A DNA stretch of 64,000 nt from Candidatus Moanibacter sp. GTDB taxonomy: Bacteria > Verrucomicrobiota > Verrucomicrobiia > Opitutales > UBA2987. The translations under genes were made by a program, and so were the position numbers. The notes beneath the pieces were generated by a model that worked only from the letters and a program-made list of their open reading frames with translations, ran no database searches and was not told the origin of the DNA. Below, piece by piece: positions 20,040 through 30,322 of this stretch (its first letter is position 1; every line of letters begins with the position of its first letter). The stretch spans positions 1-64,000 of the forward strand of contig CBDCEW010000036.1 in the NCBI GenBank assembly GCA_965215885.1. The letters run 5' to 3'.

Positions 20040-22840
20040 TCAAGATTTACGAGGAATCGCAAGTTGCCCATATCGACGGTCAACCTTGCGAGATTGAAGA
20101 GGGTGAGACGATTCTTTCCTTTCTGGATCGGCACCGGGGCCGCGGCTATGTGCCTACCCTCTGCGATGCTCCGCAATTGGAGCCCTATGGCGCCTGCCGG
20201 GTCTGTTCCGTAGAAATCGCTCTCGAAGCGGACGGACCACGGCGCGTAGTGGCGGCTTGCCACACTCCCTTGAGCGAGGGTCTTCATATCTTTGCGGAAA
20301 CTAAGAAAATCCAGAGGCTGAGGCGGAACATTATCGAACTTGTATTGACGGACCACCCCTTGGACTGCCTCACCTGCGAGGTAAACGGGAATTGTGAACT
20401 TCAGACGGTCGCCGCTAAAGTAGGCGTTCGCGACGTTCGCTATCCGGAAGGCAGGAATCATCTCGATCGGGAAAAGGATCTGACACACCCCTATATGACG
20501 TCTGACCTCTCCAAGTGCATAAATTGCAACAGATGCGTTCGGGCGTGCGATGAAGTTCAAGGGCAGTTTGTCCTCAGTATGCACGGGCGGGGTTTCGAGA
20601 GTCGGATTATCAAGGGTTTGGATTCCTCTTTCGCCGACTCCGATTGCGTTTCCTGCGGGGCCTGTTCCCAAGCTTGCCCAACTTCCGCCATATCCGACAT
20701 TTTTCAATCCAAATCAATCGAGGCTACCTCTAAGATACGCACCGTCTGTACCTATTGCGGAGTGGGGTGCAACCTCGATGTCGCGGTCAAGAACAATGAG
20801 GTGCTTTCTATCCAGGCGCCTCCGGACGCGGAGGTGAATCATGCGCATACTTGTTTGAAGGGACGTTACGCGTTTAAGTTCTATAACCATCCTGACAGAC
20901 TGACTTCCCCGCTTATCAGACGTAATGGAAAGCTTGAGGAAGCGACCTGGGATGAGGCCTACGATACTATCGTTCAACGCCTGAAAGAGATTCGGACTCG
21001 TTCCGGTCCGGACGCGATTGCAGGAATTTCGTCAGCACGCTGCACAAATGAGGAAAATTACCTAATGCAGAAATTCATTAGGGCGGTAATCGGGACAAAT
21101 AACATCGATTGCTGCGCGCGCGTTTGCCACGCTCCCACTGCCTGGGGCATGCAACAGAGTTTCGGGACGGGCGCTGCCACGAACTCCACAAATGATTTGG
21201 AGAAGACCGACATGTTCCTGCTCATCGGCGCGAACCCGACGCATGGCCACCCTGTTACCGGCGCGAGAATCAAGCAGCGGCTCATGAAGGGAGTTCCGAT
21301 GATCATCATCGATCCTCGAAAGATCGAATTGGCTCCTTATGCGACCTATCACTTGCAACTGCGCCCCGGGACGAATGTGGCGCTTCTCAATATGTTTGCC
21401 CACTTCATTATCGAGGCGGGCCTGGTGGATGAAAACTTTGTGAGAGATCGCTGCGAGGAGTTCGAAGGCTTCCGCGAGAAGATACTGCAGTTGAATATCG
21501 ACAACCTTGAACGGGTAACAGGGGTTGACCGCAACCTTGTTAGGGAAGCCGCTATCGCCTACGCTTCGGCGCCAAGAGCGATGAGTTTCCATGGTCTTGG
21601 CGTTACCGAGCATTCACAGGGAAGCCAGACTGTCATGCTCATTTCCAACATCGCCATGATGACCGGCAATATCGGGCGCGAAGGGGTCGGAGTAAATCCG
21701 CTGCGCGGCCAGAACAACGTCCAGGGCGCGGCCGACATGGGGGTGCAACCGCATCAGGGCGCCGGCTATTTGAACGTTACGCTCCCCGAAATCCAGGATC
21801 ACTATGAACGGGCTTATGGTGTTTCCGTCTCCAACGAAATTGGGTACAAGATTCCGCAGATGTTCGACGCCGCGAAAGAGAAGGACCTCAAAGCGCTCTG
21901 GATTGTCGGAGAGGATGTGGTTCAGACCGATCCCAATTCCGCTGAGGTGATCAAAGCGTTGGAGAGTCTCGATTTCCTCGTCGTTCAGGAGATATTCATG
22001 ACGGTAACCGCGGAATACGCGGACGTGATACTGCCCGCCGCTTCCTTTCTTGAAAAGAGTGGGACTTTCACGAATGCCGAGCGCCGTGTCCAACGGGTCA
22101 ATCGCGTTGTCGAACCGCTTTCGGGCACTAAACCCGATGGCCAGATCGTCGTCGAGATTATGAATCGTATGGGCTACACACAGCCCGACTACACGCCCGA
22201 TGGCGTTCTTGATGAAATCTCAAAGGTCGTCCCGTTTTTTGAGGGGATTCGATGGGATGAACTCGGCGAAAACGGCAAACAGTGGCCCGTTTCTCAGGAC
22301 GGTGTGGACACGCAGATTTTGCATCAGGAGACCTTTAAGCGAGGAAAGGGGAAATTTCACTTCTTCGATTGGCATGAGTCGTCCGAGATTGAGGAAAATC
22401 GCAGGGAATACCCTTTCATCCTGACCACCGGCCGAATATTGGAACACTATAATTGCGGTACCATGACTCGGCGGACCGGTAACCGGGATATTAACCCTGA
22501 GGATCTCCTCGCCATCAACCCGAGCGATGCCCGCGACAAGGGTATAGTGATGGGAGACAAAGTGCGTATGTTCTCGGCCCGCGGCGAGGTTCTCCTTCGC
22601 GCCAAGGTATCCGACGAAGTGAAGCCGGGAATCTTGTGGGCCACCTTTCATTTCCCGGAACACCTTGTGAATCAGATCACGAGCGAGGAAAAAGATGAGG
22701 AGAGTCTCTGCCCCGAGTACAAAGTGAGTGCTGTCGATATCGAGAAGGTGGCGAATTCGAAAGTTCCGGAAATTCCCTCGGCCGCAACCACGAATATTCA
22801 TGAAAAGGTTCCCGCGGCCGTTCCCGGCGGAGGCGGCTGA
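20036..22840 (+). CDS. fdhF: Formate dehydrogenase alpha subunit (Mo/W-bisPGD, Cys ligand)
   Basis: N-terminal 2Fe-2S/4Fe-4S clusters, CTYCGVGC, NNIDCCARVCH, PLRGQNNVQG. Confidence 0.93.
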   Translation: MIKIYEESQVAHIDGQPCEIEEGETILSFLDRHRGRGYVPTLCDAPQLEPYGACRVCSVEIALEADGPRRVVAACHTPLSEGLHIFAETKKIQRLRRNIIELVLTDHPLDCLTCEVNGNCELQTVAAKVGVRDVRYPEGRNHLDREKDLTHPYMTSDLSKCINCNRCVRACDEVQGQFVLSMHGRGFESRIIKGLDSSFADSDCVSCGACSQACPTSAISDIFQSKSIEATSKIRTVCTYCGVGCNLDVAVKNNEVLSIQAPPDAEVNHAHTCLKGRYAFKFYNHPDRLTSPLIRRNGKLEEATWDEAYDTIVQRLKEIRTRSGPDAIAGISSARCTNEENYLMQKFIRAVIGTNNIDCCARVCHAPTAWGMQQSFGTGAATNSTNDLEKTDMFLLIGANPTHGHPVTGARIKQRLMKGVPMIIIDPRKIELAPYATYHLQLRPGTNVALLNMFAHFIIEAGLVDENFVRDRCEEFEGFREKILQLNIDNLERVTGVDRNLVREAAIAYASAPRAMSFHGLGVTEHSQGSQTVMLISNIAMMTGNIGREGVGVNPLRGQNNVQGAADMGVQPHQGAGYLNVTLPEIQDHYERAYGVSVSNEIGYKIPQMFDAAKEKDLKALWIVGEDVVQTDPNSAEVIKALESLDFLVVQEIFMTVTAEYADVILPAASFLEKSGTFTNAERRVQRVNRVVEPLSGTKPDGQIVVEIMNRMGYTQPDYTPDGVLDEISKVVPFFEGIRWDELGENGKQWPVSQDGVDTQILHQETFKRGKGKFHFFDWHESSEIEENRREYPFILTTGRILEHYNCGTMTRRTGNRDINPEDLLAINPSDARDKGIVMGDKVRMFSARGEVLLRAKVSDEVKPGILWATFHFPEHLVNQITSEEKDEESLCPEYKVSAVDIEKVANSKVPEIPSAATTNIHEKVPAAVPGGGG

Positions 22841-22888
22841 TTCCCAGCCTAGTCAAGTTCAAAACATAATTTTTGAGAAGAGAATTAA

Positions 22889-24251
22889 AATAAGGGACAG
22901 TCTTAATATCCTATTTCTGTTAACATCGAAACGAAAATTATCAGCATAAATAATCATGCGAAAATCTAGATTGAAGATAATTGGCCGTAGTGCCGTGTAT
23001 CATTGCATGACGCGGACGGTGAATAAGGAAAGTCTGATCGATCGGGTGGCGAAGGAAGTCTTGCGCAAGGAGCTCTGGCAGATTGCCGACTTCAGCGGAG
23101 TGGAGGTGATTACTTATTGCATTATGAGTAGTCATTTCCACGTCATGGTACGGATTCCCGACCGGGAGAGCGTGATGATATCCGACAAAGAGTTGATGCG
23201 ACGATATCGGGTGCTGTATCCGATGCCAACAGCCTATCAGCAGGCCGATGCCAAGGTTTTGGAGATGAAGCTGTTAGAAGATGGAGAGGATGCAAAGGAA
23301 CTGAGGAAACAGCTCCTGGAGCGGATGCATGATGTCTCCCAGTTTATGAAAACCCTCAAGCAACGTTTTTCGATCTGGTATAATCGGTCACATAACCGTG
23401 TGGGGACGCTGTGGAGTGAACGGTTCAAGAGTACTTTGGTAGAGGGGACGGATGCGGCGATGCGGATAGCAGCAGCGTATATTGATCTAAATCCGGTTCG
23501 GGCCAAGATCGTGAAAGACCCTAAGGAATACCGGTGGAGTGGGTATGGAGAAGCGATGGGCGGTTCTGCCGATGCGCGCCAGGGAATCTGTGAGAGCATT
23601 CGGCGTTTTGATGGTGAAGAACTGAGCTGGAGAAAGGCTGCGAGTGAGTATCGCAAGTTGCTCTATTGCAAGGGAGCGTCACCGTCACCAAGTGGAGGCG
23701 CCAAAATCGCCGATGATGAATGGAGAAGGGTGATAGAAGCGGGGGGTAAAGTGCCGGTAGCAGCGGCGTTGCGCTGCCGGGTGCGATATTTTACGGATGG
23801 AGCGGTGCTCGGCTCGGAGGAGTTCGTGCAGGGCATTTTTGAGGAATTCCGAAGCCAGTTTGGAGCAAAACGGAAGAGCGGCCCCAGGCGGATGAAAGGC
23901 AGCGACTGGGAGGGCTTAACCGTGCTGCGAGATCTCCGTCGGGAGGTATTCGGGTAGGAATTCGCGTGTGCCCGCGGATTCCTGGAGATTTCGCGGCGCG
24001 AAATGGAGACGGATCGTAGCCAGAGATCGTCAACTTGAGATTCGACGTCGTACCTGCAGCTTGATTTGGGCAATTTTCCCGGCCTGGACGCGGTACGGAA
24101 GTGCGGGGATATGCCACGCAGTGTGGTTTACCTGGATTGGTGTCTCGTTGTGGGGCTCGATACGAAACCAAATTCGGCAATCATATTAGCCATGGATGTA
24201 TAGCGAGCGAGTTACGGAAAGGTAGATAGTATAGATTACCTGTCCCTTATT
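22889..24251 (+). mobile_element. TIR-bounded HUH/Y1 (RAYT-like) transposase element
   Basis: Perfect 12-bp inverted repeats AATAAGGGACAG (22889-22900) / CTGTCCCTTATT (24240-24251) flanking the gene. Confidence 0.65.
22956..23957 (+). CDS. REP-associated tyrosine transposase-like (Y1 HUH) protein
   Basis: YHCMTRT, YCIMSSHFHV (HUH), GTLWSERFKS, YIDLNPVRA, YRWSGY. Confidence 0.9.
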   Translation: MRKSRLKIIGRSAVYHCMTRTVNKESLIDRVAKEVLRKELWQIADFSGVEVITYCIMSSHFHVMVRIPDRESVMISDKELMRRYRVLYPMPTAYQQADAKVLEMKLLEDGEDAKELRKQLLERMHDVSQFMKTLKQRFSIWYNRSHNRVGTLWSERFKSTLVEGTDAAMRIAAAYIDLNPVRAKIVKDPKEYRWSGYGEAMGGSADARQGICESIRRFDGEELSWRKAASEYRKLLYCKGASPSPSGGAKIADDEWRRVIEAGGKVPVAAALRCRVRYFTDGAVLGSEEFVQGIFEEFRSQFGAKRKSGPRRMKGSDWEGLTVLRDLRREVFG

Positions 24252-24436
24252 AATACAGGTACCTGGTTACGGTCCGATCAGTTTCCCGCTGTACCTTTTG
24301 ATCAGCACGTTCCAGCACCGCAACTTTTCCTATTGATCGGGGTTAATTGAGATTCGACCTGAGGGGAGGTTTCGTGGTAAGATCCTACGCTTCGTTCGGG
24401 AAAGGGCCCGTCAAGGCCAATTAATCACAATTGAAG

Positions 24437-25900
24437 ATGCTCGATCCTTTATCTGACAACCAGTGGACGCGGCGGCACGCGGACCATCTGTTGAGCCGAG
24501 CCGGTTTTGGCGGTTCTCCGTAGGCGAGGGAGGAACTTTACCAACTGGGTCGAAATGAGGGCGTGGCGGCGGCGGTCGATTCGTTTGTGGAACCGACGGA
24601 AGATTGGAGCGAGTTTCCCTTTCCCGATTGGGTCCTCAATGAGCAAGAGAATCTCGATAAACGGCGTCTCGTCGGAATCCTGGAGTTCGTAGGCTGGTAC
24701 CTCGAACAGATGCGCTTTGGCGGGCAGTTGTCGGCAAAGCTCTTGAAATTCTTTGTCGACCATTTCCCGGTCGATTTTGGGACTATCCAAAACGATGCCC
24801 GCTTGCTCTACTTTTTCCAATATTTCGATCTCCTGCGGCGATTTTCCGGAGGTGATGTCGATAGCGACGGGGTGCGCGACAATTTTCAAGAGCTGGTGAG
24901 AGAGGTCTCCTGGGCCCCGGCCATGATTCGCATGCTCGATCTCTACCGAAGTGACGCGAGAGAGGTAAATGAAAACTTCGCCCGCGAACTGATGGAGCTT
25001 TTCACTCTCGGGGTCGATGGCGGCTATACCGAGCAGGACGTTGCGGCTGCTTCAGCGGCATTCACGGGGCGAAAACTTCGGCGCGAATGGCCCTATGAGG
25101 CGTATCAAGTCGAACGCCAGCAGGACGACAGCGAGAAGAGTCTACTTGGGGCTACGATTGTCGATGGGGATGATGCCATCGACGTCATATTCGGTACTGG
25201 CAAATGCTCCTACCACACGTGTTGGAAGCTTTGGCGCTACTTTGTCGCACCTGAACCGGATGACACTCTTCTCCAGGAGCTGGCCGTGCGTTTCAAAGAC
25301 GATTACGATTACAGGCTGCGACCCCTTCTTAGAGACATTTTTCTAAGTGAGGAATTCTTCGATCCTGAAGCCACAGGCAGACAGATAAAGGATCCTGTCG
25401 ATTATGTACTGAACGCCTCCCTCTCTCTCGAGACCGACGTTCTGCCCATGGCCACCATGAGTCTCACCCTGGGCGCGCTTGGGTATCAGCCGATGTTTCC
25501 ACCCACCATCGCGGGTTGGCCTGAACCGATTGGGGACGGGAACCAGTGGCTCTCTACCGGCGCGATGATGGGGAGGCTCAACCTACCCGGATTGTGGAGC
25601 CATAAGAATTATCGGTTATTGAATGAGCGCAGATTGATTCGCAACTTTCACGAAGAAGATCTGCAACCGGACATTGATTTTGATCGCGTGATCCCACCCC
25701 AGTTGCGCAGCCGGGAGAACTTTAATCTGATGATTACGGAAGTCTCCCAGCGTCTACTTCCCTTTCACCGGATTCGGGGCAGCCAGGTGAGAGGCCTATA
25801 TGAGCAGTTTGTCGAGGTGGAGGACCGTTTTGGAAATCTCGAGGCGATAATGGAGATGGTGCGGCTTGTCATGGCTTTGCCCGAATTCCAACTACACTGA
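24437..25900 (+). pseudogene. DUF1800 family protein, copy 1, in-frame TAG at codon 29
   Basis: ATG 24437 reads MLDPLSDNQWTRRHADHLLSRAGFGGSP*AREE, colinear with copy 2; NENFARELMELFTLG and YTEQDV motifs; TAG at 24521-24523. Confidence 0.8.
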
Positions 25901-27230
25901 GAGAGTGTATTATTTTGAATCCATTCGTCATTTCCAATGTATCTAATTGAAAAGTATAGAAGTATGCTCGATCCACTTCCGCAGTCGCAGTGGTCGCGTC
26001 GTAGCGCGGACCATTTACTAAGTAGGGTCGCCTTTGGCGGTTCTCCCGATGAGCGCGAACAGGTTTATAGACTGGGACTTGGCGCTGGGGTGGAAACTGT
26101 GGTCGATGCCCTTGTCGATCCGGTTGAGGAATGGAGTCACTTTCCCATACCGGAGTGGGTTCTAAATGAGGAAGGGTCCAGGGAATTCGATTTCTTTGAA
26201 GGAGTTATCTGGATGAACTCCTGGTACTTTATTCAGATGAGTTACGCTCAACCCGTGGCGGCGAAGATGTTCAAATTCTTCGTCGATCACTTCCCGGTCG
26301 ATTTCTCTACTATCGAAGAGGGCGTAGGTTTCGTCTTTCTCTTCAAATACTTCGATCTTTTGCGGTCCTATTCGATGGGCGATTTCAAGGAGCTTGTGGA
26401 AAATGTCTCCTGGTCCGGTGCGATGGTGAGTATGCTCGACCTCTACGAAAGCGACGTCGGAGAGGTAAATGAGAATTTCGCGCGTGAGCTCATGGAACTC
26501 TTCACTCTCGGAGTCGATGGAGGCTATACAGAACAGGACGTGGCCGCCGCCGCCGCAGCCTTCACGGGGCGGAAGTTCGGAGAGGATTGGCCGCATGACC
26601 CCGTTCAGATAGTCGAGCTCCAGGACCAATCGGAGAAGCAGTTGCTTGGCGCCACAATCGTCTCGGGACAGGATGCGATTGATGTGATTTTCGATAATAT
26701 CCAGTGTGCCTACCACACGTGCTGGAAAATCTGGCGATATTTCGTCGCTCCCGATCCGCAGGAGGAATTACTTCAGACTTTGGCCGATCGGTTCAAGAAT
26801 CTACACGGATATCAGATCCGTCCCCTCCTCAAGGACATCTTCCTCAGTGAGGGATTTTACAATTCCGATGGTGTCGGAAAGCAAATCAGTGATCCGGTCG
26901 ATTACCTGATATCATCCTCCAAGGCACTCGAGAGCGAACACTTGCCGAGTTTAACCGCCCTCTTTGCAATGGGCCAGATGGGCCAGGATATTATGTTTCC
27001 TCCCTCCATCGCGGGCTGGCCCGAACCTGTCGGGGAGGGAAACGAGTGGCTCTCTACCAGTGCCATGCTGCACCGTTTGAATATGCCAAGTATCTGGAGC
27101 CACAAGAATATCTCCATTTTTGATCACGGATACCTTATTGAGGAGTTTGGGGAAGTTAAAGAGCTGCCGGAGATACAAATGGACAGAATCGCTCCCCGAC
27201 AATTGCGGACAAGAGAGAATTTCAATTTAT

Positions 27231-28713
27231 GGGTCTACAGCAGAATCTGTGGGTGGGTAACGTCGCTTACAAGAGGAAATAGAGTCGGTGAGCACAAGGA
27301 GAAGTCAGGGCGCTGCCCTGAATCCCGCTCCTCCACAGCCGGAGGGGCTGGTCGGTGTTTTCTTTGCATATGGGATTGAAAGGTTGAAGCACCGGGCCGT
27401 TCCGAGGATGAAAGTAGTACCGAAAATACATCCTGAACACGGAGGACCCAGTGCTCATCAAAACGCTACTGAATCGGTGCTATTGGCTCAAGAGCTTTGT
27501 TTACGCAAAGGCGAGTATGGAAATGGTGAAATCGGAGGAGGCGATTGTGGTGCAGATTGAGCCGCGCAAGAATAGTCGGGTGTGCTGTTCGGGGTGTGGC
27601 CGGACGGCCAGCGGCTACGACCACATGAGCGAGGCGAGGCATTTTGAATTTGTGCCCTTGTGGGGGATGAAGGTGTATTTTCGTTACCGCATGCGGCGGG
27701 TCAATTGCCGGCGGTGCGGGGTGAAGGTCGAAGAGGTGCCCTGGGCCAAGGGCAAGAGTCATCTGAGTTGGCCAATGCAATGGTTTCTGGCCCAGTGGGC
27801 GAGGCGCTTGAGCTGGGAAGAGACGGCAAGGGTTTTTCGCACGAACTGGCGCAACGTCTTCGAGTCGGTCGAGGCGATGGTGCGTTGGGGGCTCAAACGG
27901 CGCGATATGAGCGGGATTGAGGCGATCGGAGTCGATGAGGTGCAGTATCATCGAGGCCATCACTATCTCACCGTGGTCTACCAGCTTGACGAGGGGCGGC
28001 GGCGGCTATTGGGCGTATTCAATAAGCGCAACGTAAAATCGCTCTTGCGTTTTTTCTGGGAATTGGGAGCGCAAAAGAGCAGCCAGATCCTCTACGTCTG
28101 CTCGGATCTGTGGAAGCCTTACCTCAAAGTGATCAAGAAAAAGGCACCCCAGGCGCTGCACATCCTCGATCGCTTCCACTTGGTAGCCAACCTGAACAAG
28201 GCCCTCAATGAGATTCGTGCTGCGGAAGCCAGGCGATTGCAACGGGACGGCTACATCAACGTGCTGGTCAAAAGCAAATACTGTTTCTTCAAAAATCCGC
28301 AAAATCTCACCCCCACCCAACAGATCCGCCTCAAGGAGGTGCTCCAATACGATCTGAAGAGCGTGCGGGCCTATCTACTAAAGGAGAGCTTTCAGCTCTT
28401 GTGGCATTATAAAAGTCCCTACTGGGCCCAATGGTATCTGAAAAAATGGTGCACGCGCGCCATGCGTTCGCGCCTCAAACCGATCAAAAGGTTCGTGCGC
28501 TCGGTGCGCAAACACGAGCCGCTCATCCTCAACTGGTTTCGGGCCAAAAAGGCCTTTTCCTGCGGCATTGTGGAGGGCTTTAACCGCAATATAAATCTCA
28601 CTATCAGAAAAGCATACGGCTTTAAGAGCTTCGAAGTGCTTAAGATCGCCCTATTTCATACCATGGGCGACTTGCCTGAACCCGAAATAACCCACAGATT
28701 CTGCTGACGAGGC
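27231..28713 (+). mobile_element. ISL3-family insertion sequence
   Basis: IR core CAGCAGAATCTGTGGG at both ends; 8-bp target-site duplication CAATTTAT (27223-27230, 28714-28721). Confidence 0.93.
27451..28707 (+). CDS. ISL3 transposase
   Basis: Zn finger CSGC..CRRC, IGVDE, CSDLWKPY, DRFH, CGIVEGFN, AYGFKSF. Confidence 0.95.
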   Translation: MLIKTLLNRCYWLKSFVYAKASMEMVKSEEAIVVQIEPRKNSRVCCSGCGRTASGYDHMSEARHFEFVPLWGMKVYFRYRMRRVNCRRCGVKVEEVPWAKGKSHLSWPMQWFLAQWARRLSWEETARVFRTNWRNVFESVEAMVRWGLKRRDMSGIEAIGVDEVQYHRGHHYLTVVYQLDEGRRRLLGVFNKRNVKSLLRFFWELGAQKSSQILYVCSDLWKPYLKVIKKKAPQALHILDRFHLVANLNKALNEIRAAEARRLQRDGYINVLVKSKYCFFKNPQNLTPTQQIRLKEVLQYDLKSVRAYLLKESFQLLWHYKSPYWAQWYLKKWCTRAMRSRLKPIKRFVRSVRKHEPLILNWFRAKKAFSCGIVEGFNRNINLTIRKAYGFKSFEVLKIALFHTMGDLPEPEITHRFC

Positions 28714-28908
28714 CAATTTATTAATCAATCGTCTGGCCGATCGGCTGATGCCTTTTCATCGGCTGAGGGGCAGTCAGGTGCGCGTCCTCTTCGAACGCTA
28801 TGTTGAAGTGGAAGTGAAGGATGGAAATCTCGAGGCTATTAAAGAGGTAGTCCGCCTGCTCATGTCTCTTCCTGAATATCAGATGCAGTAATATCAGATT
28901 CTTCTATT

Positions 28909-30297
28909 ATGAAACGATCGACTCAGTTTCTTGATCGGGGTTTATCTCGCAGAGAATTCTTAAAGCGCTCGCTTGTGGGAGCGGCAGCCGGCTACACGAT
29001 TCCTTCTTTTCTGGGAAACACATTTTTTCAGATTGACGCCCATGCACAGGGTTTTCCTCCCACAGAGGGCGATGGACCGATATTGGTGATAATGCAGATG
29101 GCGGGTGGCAACGATAGTCTCAATACCGTAATTCCCTTTGAGAATGACATATATGTCGGAGCGCGATCGAGCCTCCGCTTTACCGAAGAAGACGGTATCC
29201 TTAAACTCGATACCGCCGCCCCCAGTGTAACGGGAGAAAGCGAAAATGTCGCCCTCCATCCTAATCTGAGCCAATTCAATGAGATTTGGAATGACGGCAA
29301 TATGGCGATTGTTAATGGGGTGGGGTACCCGAACCCCAATCTCTCCCATTTCACTTCCTTTGACTATTACCATACGGCGCGCCCGAACGAACCTGTTCAG
29401 GACGGTTGGTTGGGACGTTTTTTCGACCATCAATGCTCCGGCTGCGAACCAACCACGGCGATTAACTTTTCGGAACGGCCGACTCTGGCTATGCATTCCC
29501 AGGAGGCGTCCAATGCCAGCATCGCGGTAAGCGATCCGGCCAATTTTACCTGGCGGGATTTGGAAAGTGATGAACGCGATATCCACCTTGAGGATCTCTA
29601 CCGCCGTTTGGTCGGTCTCGATCATCCGGTAGACAGCGGTCTCGATCTAAACGATGAGACGTTGGCCTATGTACAGCGTGCAGCGCACAGCGCCATGATC
29701 AGTTCGCGGTCGGTGCAGTTGGCCTTGGACGGCTCTTCAGGACCGGCGTTTCCACTCTACCAGAACTGGCCCGAGACGCGGCTGGCAAATGACTTTCGGA
29801 ACATCGCTGCGTTGATTTACGGAGGCCTCAACACGAGCATTTACTACGTTAATCAAGGTGGATACGACACGCACAACAATCAAGTCGTTGGGGCATCGCC
29901 CTTAGAGGGAAGACACGCGGACCTCCTTGAGGAACTCGACGGTGCCATCGGCGCCTTTGTCGCGGAGATGAAGGCACAGGGTAACTGGGATCGTGTCTTG
30001 ATCATGACTTTCAGCGAATTTGGGCGAAAAGTCATAGAAAATGGCGCAAGTGGTACGGATCACGGCGCGGCTGAGACGCTCTTCGTTTTAGGCGGAAATG
30101 TCGTGCCTGGTTACTTCGGTGAGCTGCCCGATCTATCAGAGCAGGCGCGGATTAAGAACCACAGTCTGCAACACAACGTCGATTTCAGACGTGTCTACCG
30201 TACTGTGCTGGAGAATTGGCTCGGCGCGCCACCCAGCGCCATGTCCCAGATCTTTCCCTCACAGCCCAGTAATTTCGACCTGATTGGATTCGTTTGA
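28909..30297 (+). CDS. DUF1501 family protein with Tat signal
   Basis: LSRREFLK twin-arginine motif; GGNDSLN, NLSHF, GGYDTH, SEFGR, GTDHG, DFRRVY. Confidence 0.9.
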   Translation: MKRSTQFLDRGLSRREFLKRSLVGAAAGYTIPSFLGNTFFQIDAHAQGFPPTEGDGPILVIMQMAGGNDSLNTVIPFENDIYVGARSSLRFTEEDGILKLDTAAPSVTGESENVALHPNLSQFNEIWNDGNMAIVNGVGYPNPNLSHFTSFDYYHTARPNEPVQDGWLGRFFDHQCSGCEPTTAINFSERPTLAMHSQEASNASIAVSDPANFTWRDLESDERDIHLEDLYRRLVGLDHPVDSGLDLNDETLAYVQRAAHSAMISSRSVQLALDGSSGPAFPLYQNWPETRLANDFRNIAALIYGGLNTSIYYVNQGGYDTHNNQVVGASPLEGRHADLLEELDGAIGAFVAEMKAQGNWDRVLIMTFSEFGRKVIENGASGTDHGAAETLFVLGGNVVPGYFGELPDLSEQARIKNHSLQHNVDFRRVYRTVLENWLGAPPSAMSQIFPSQPSNFDLIGFV

Positions 30298-30322
30298 TGA
30301 GCGACTTGAAATTTGCCAAGAA

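Larger units (their letters stand above)
25937..28891 (+). pseudogene. DUF1800 family protein, copy 2, interrupted by ISL3
   Basis: Removing the IS and one target-site copy restores RENFNLLINRLADRLMPFHRLRGSQVR...LMSLPEYQMQ*, matching the copy 1 C-terminus. Confidence 0.88.

Noticed and set aside
21100..21135. Selenocysteine in formate dehydrogenase alpha
   Set aside because: The active-site codon is TGC (ARVCH); there is no in-frame TGA.
24521..24523. Genome-wide amber recoding or pyrrolysine
   Set aside because: TAG terminates normal genes here (for example 2727-2729 and 23955-23957), and no pyl genes are present in the window.
27231..27379. C-terminal tail of ORF 25937..27379 (WVYSRICG...)
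   Set aside because: This is read-through into the ISL3 left end; the true C-terminus lies at 28722-28891.
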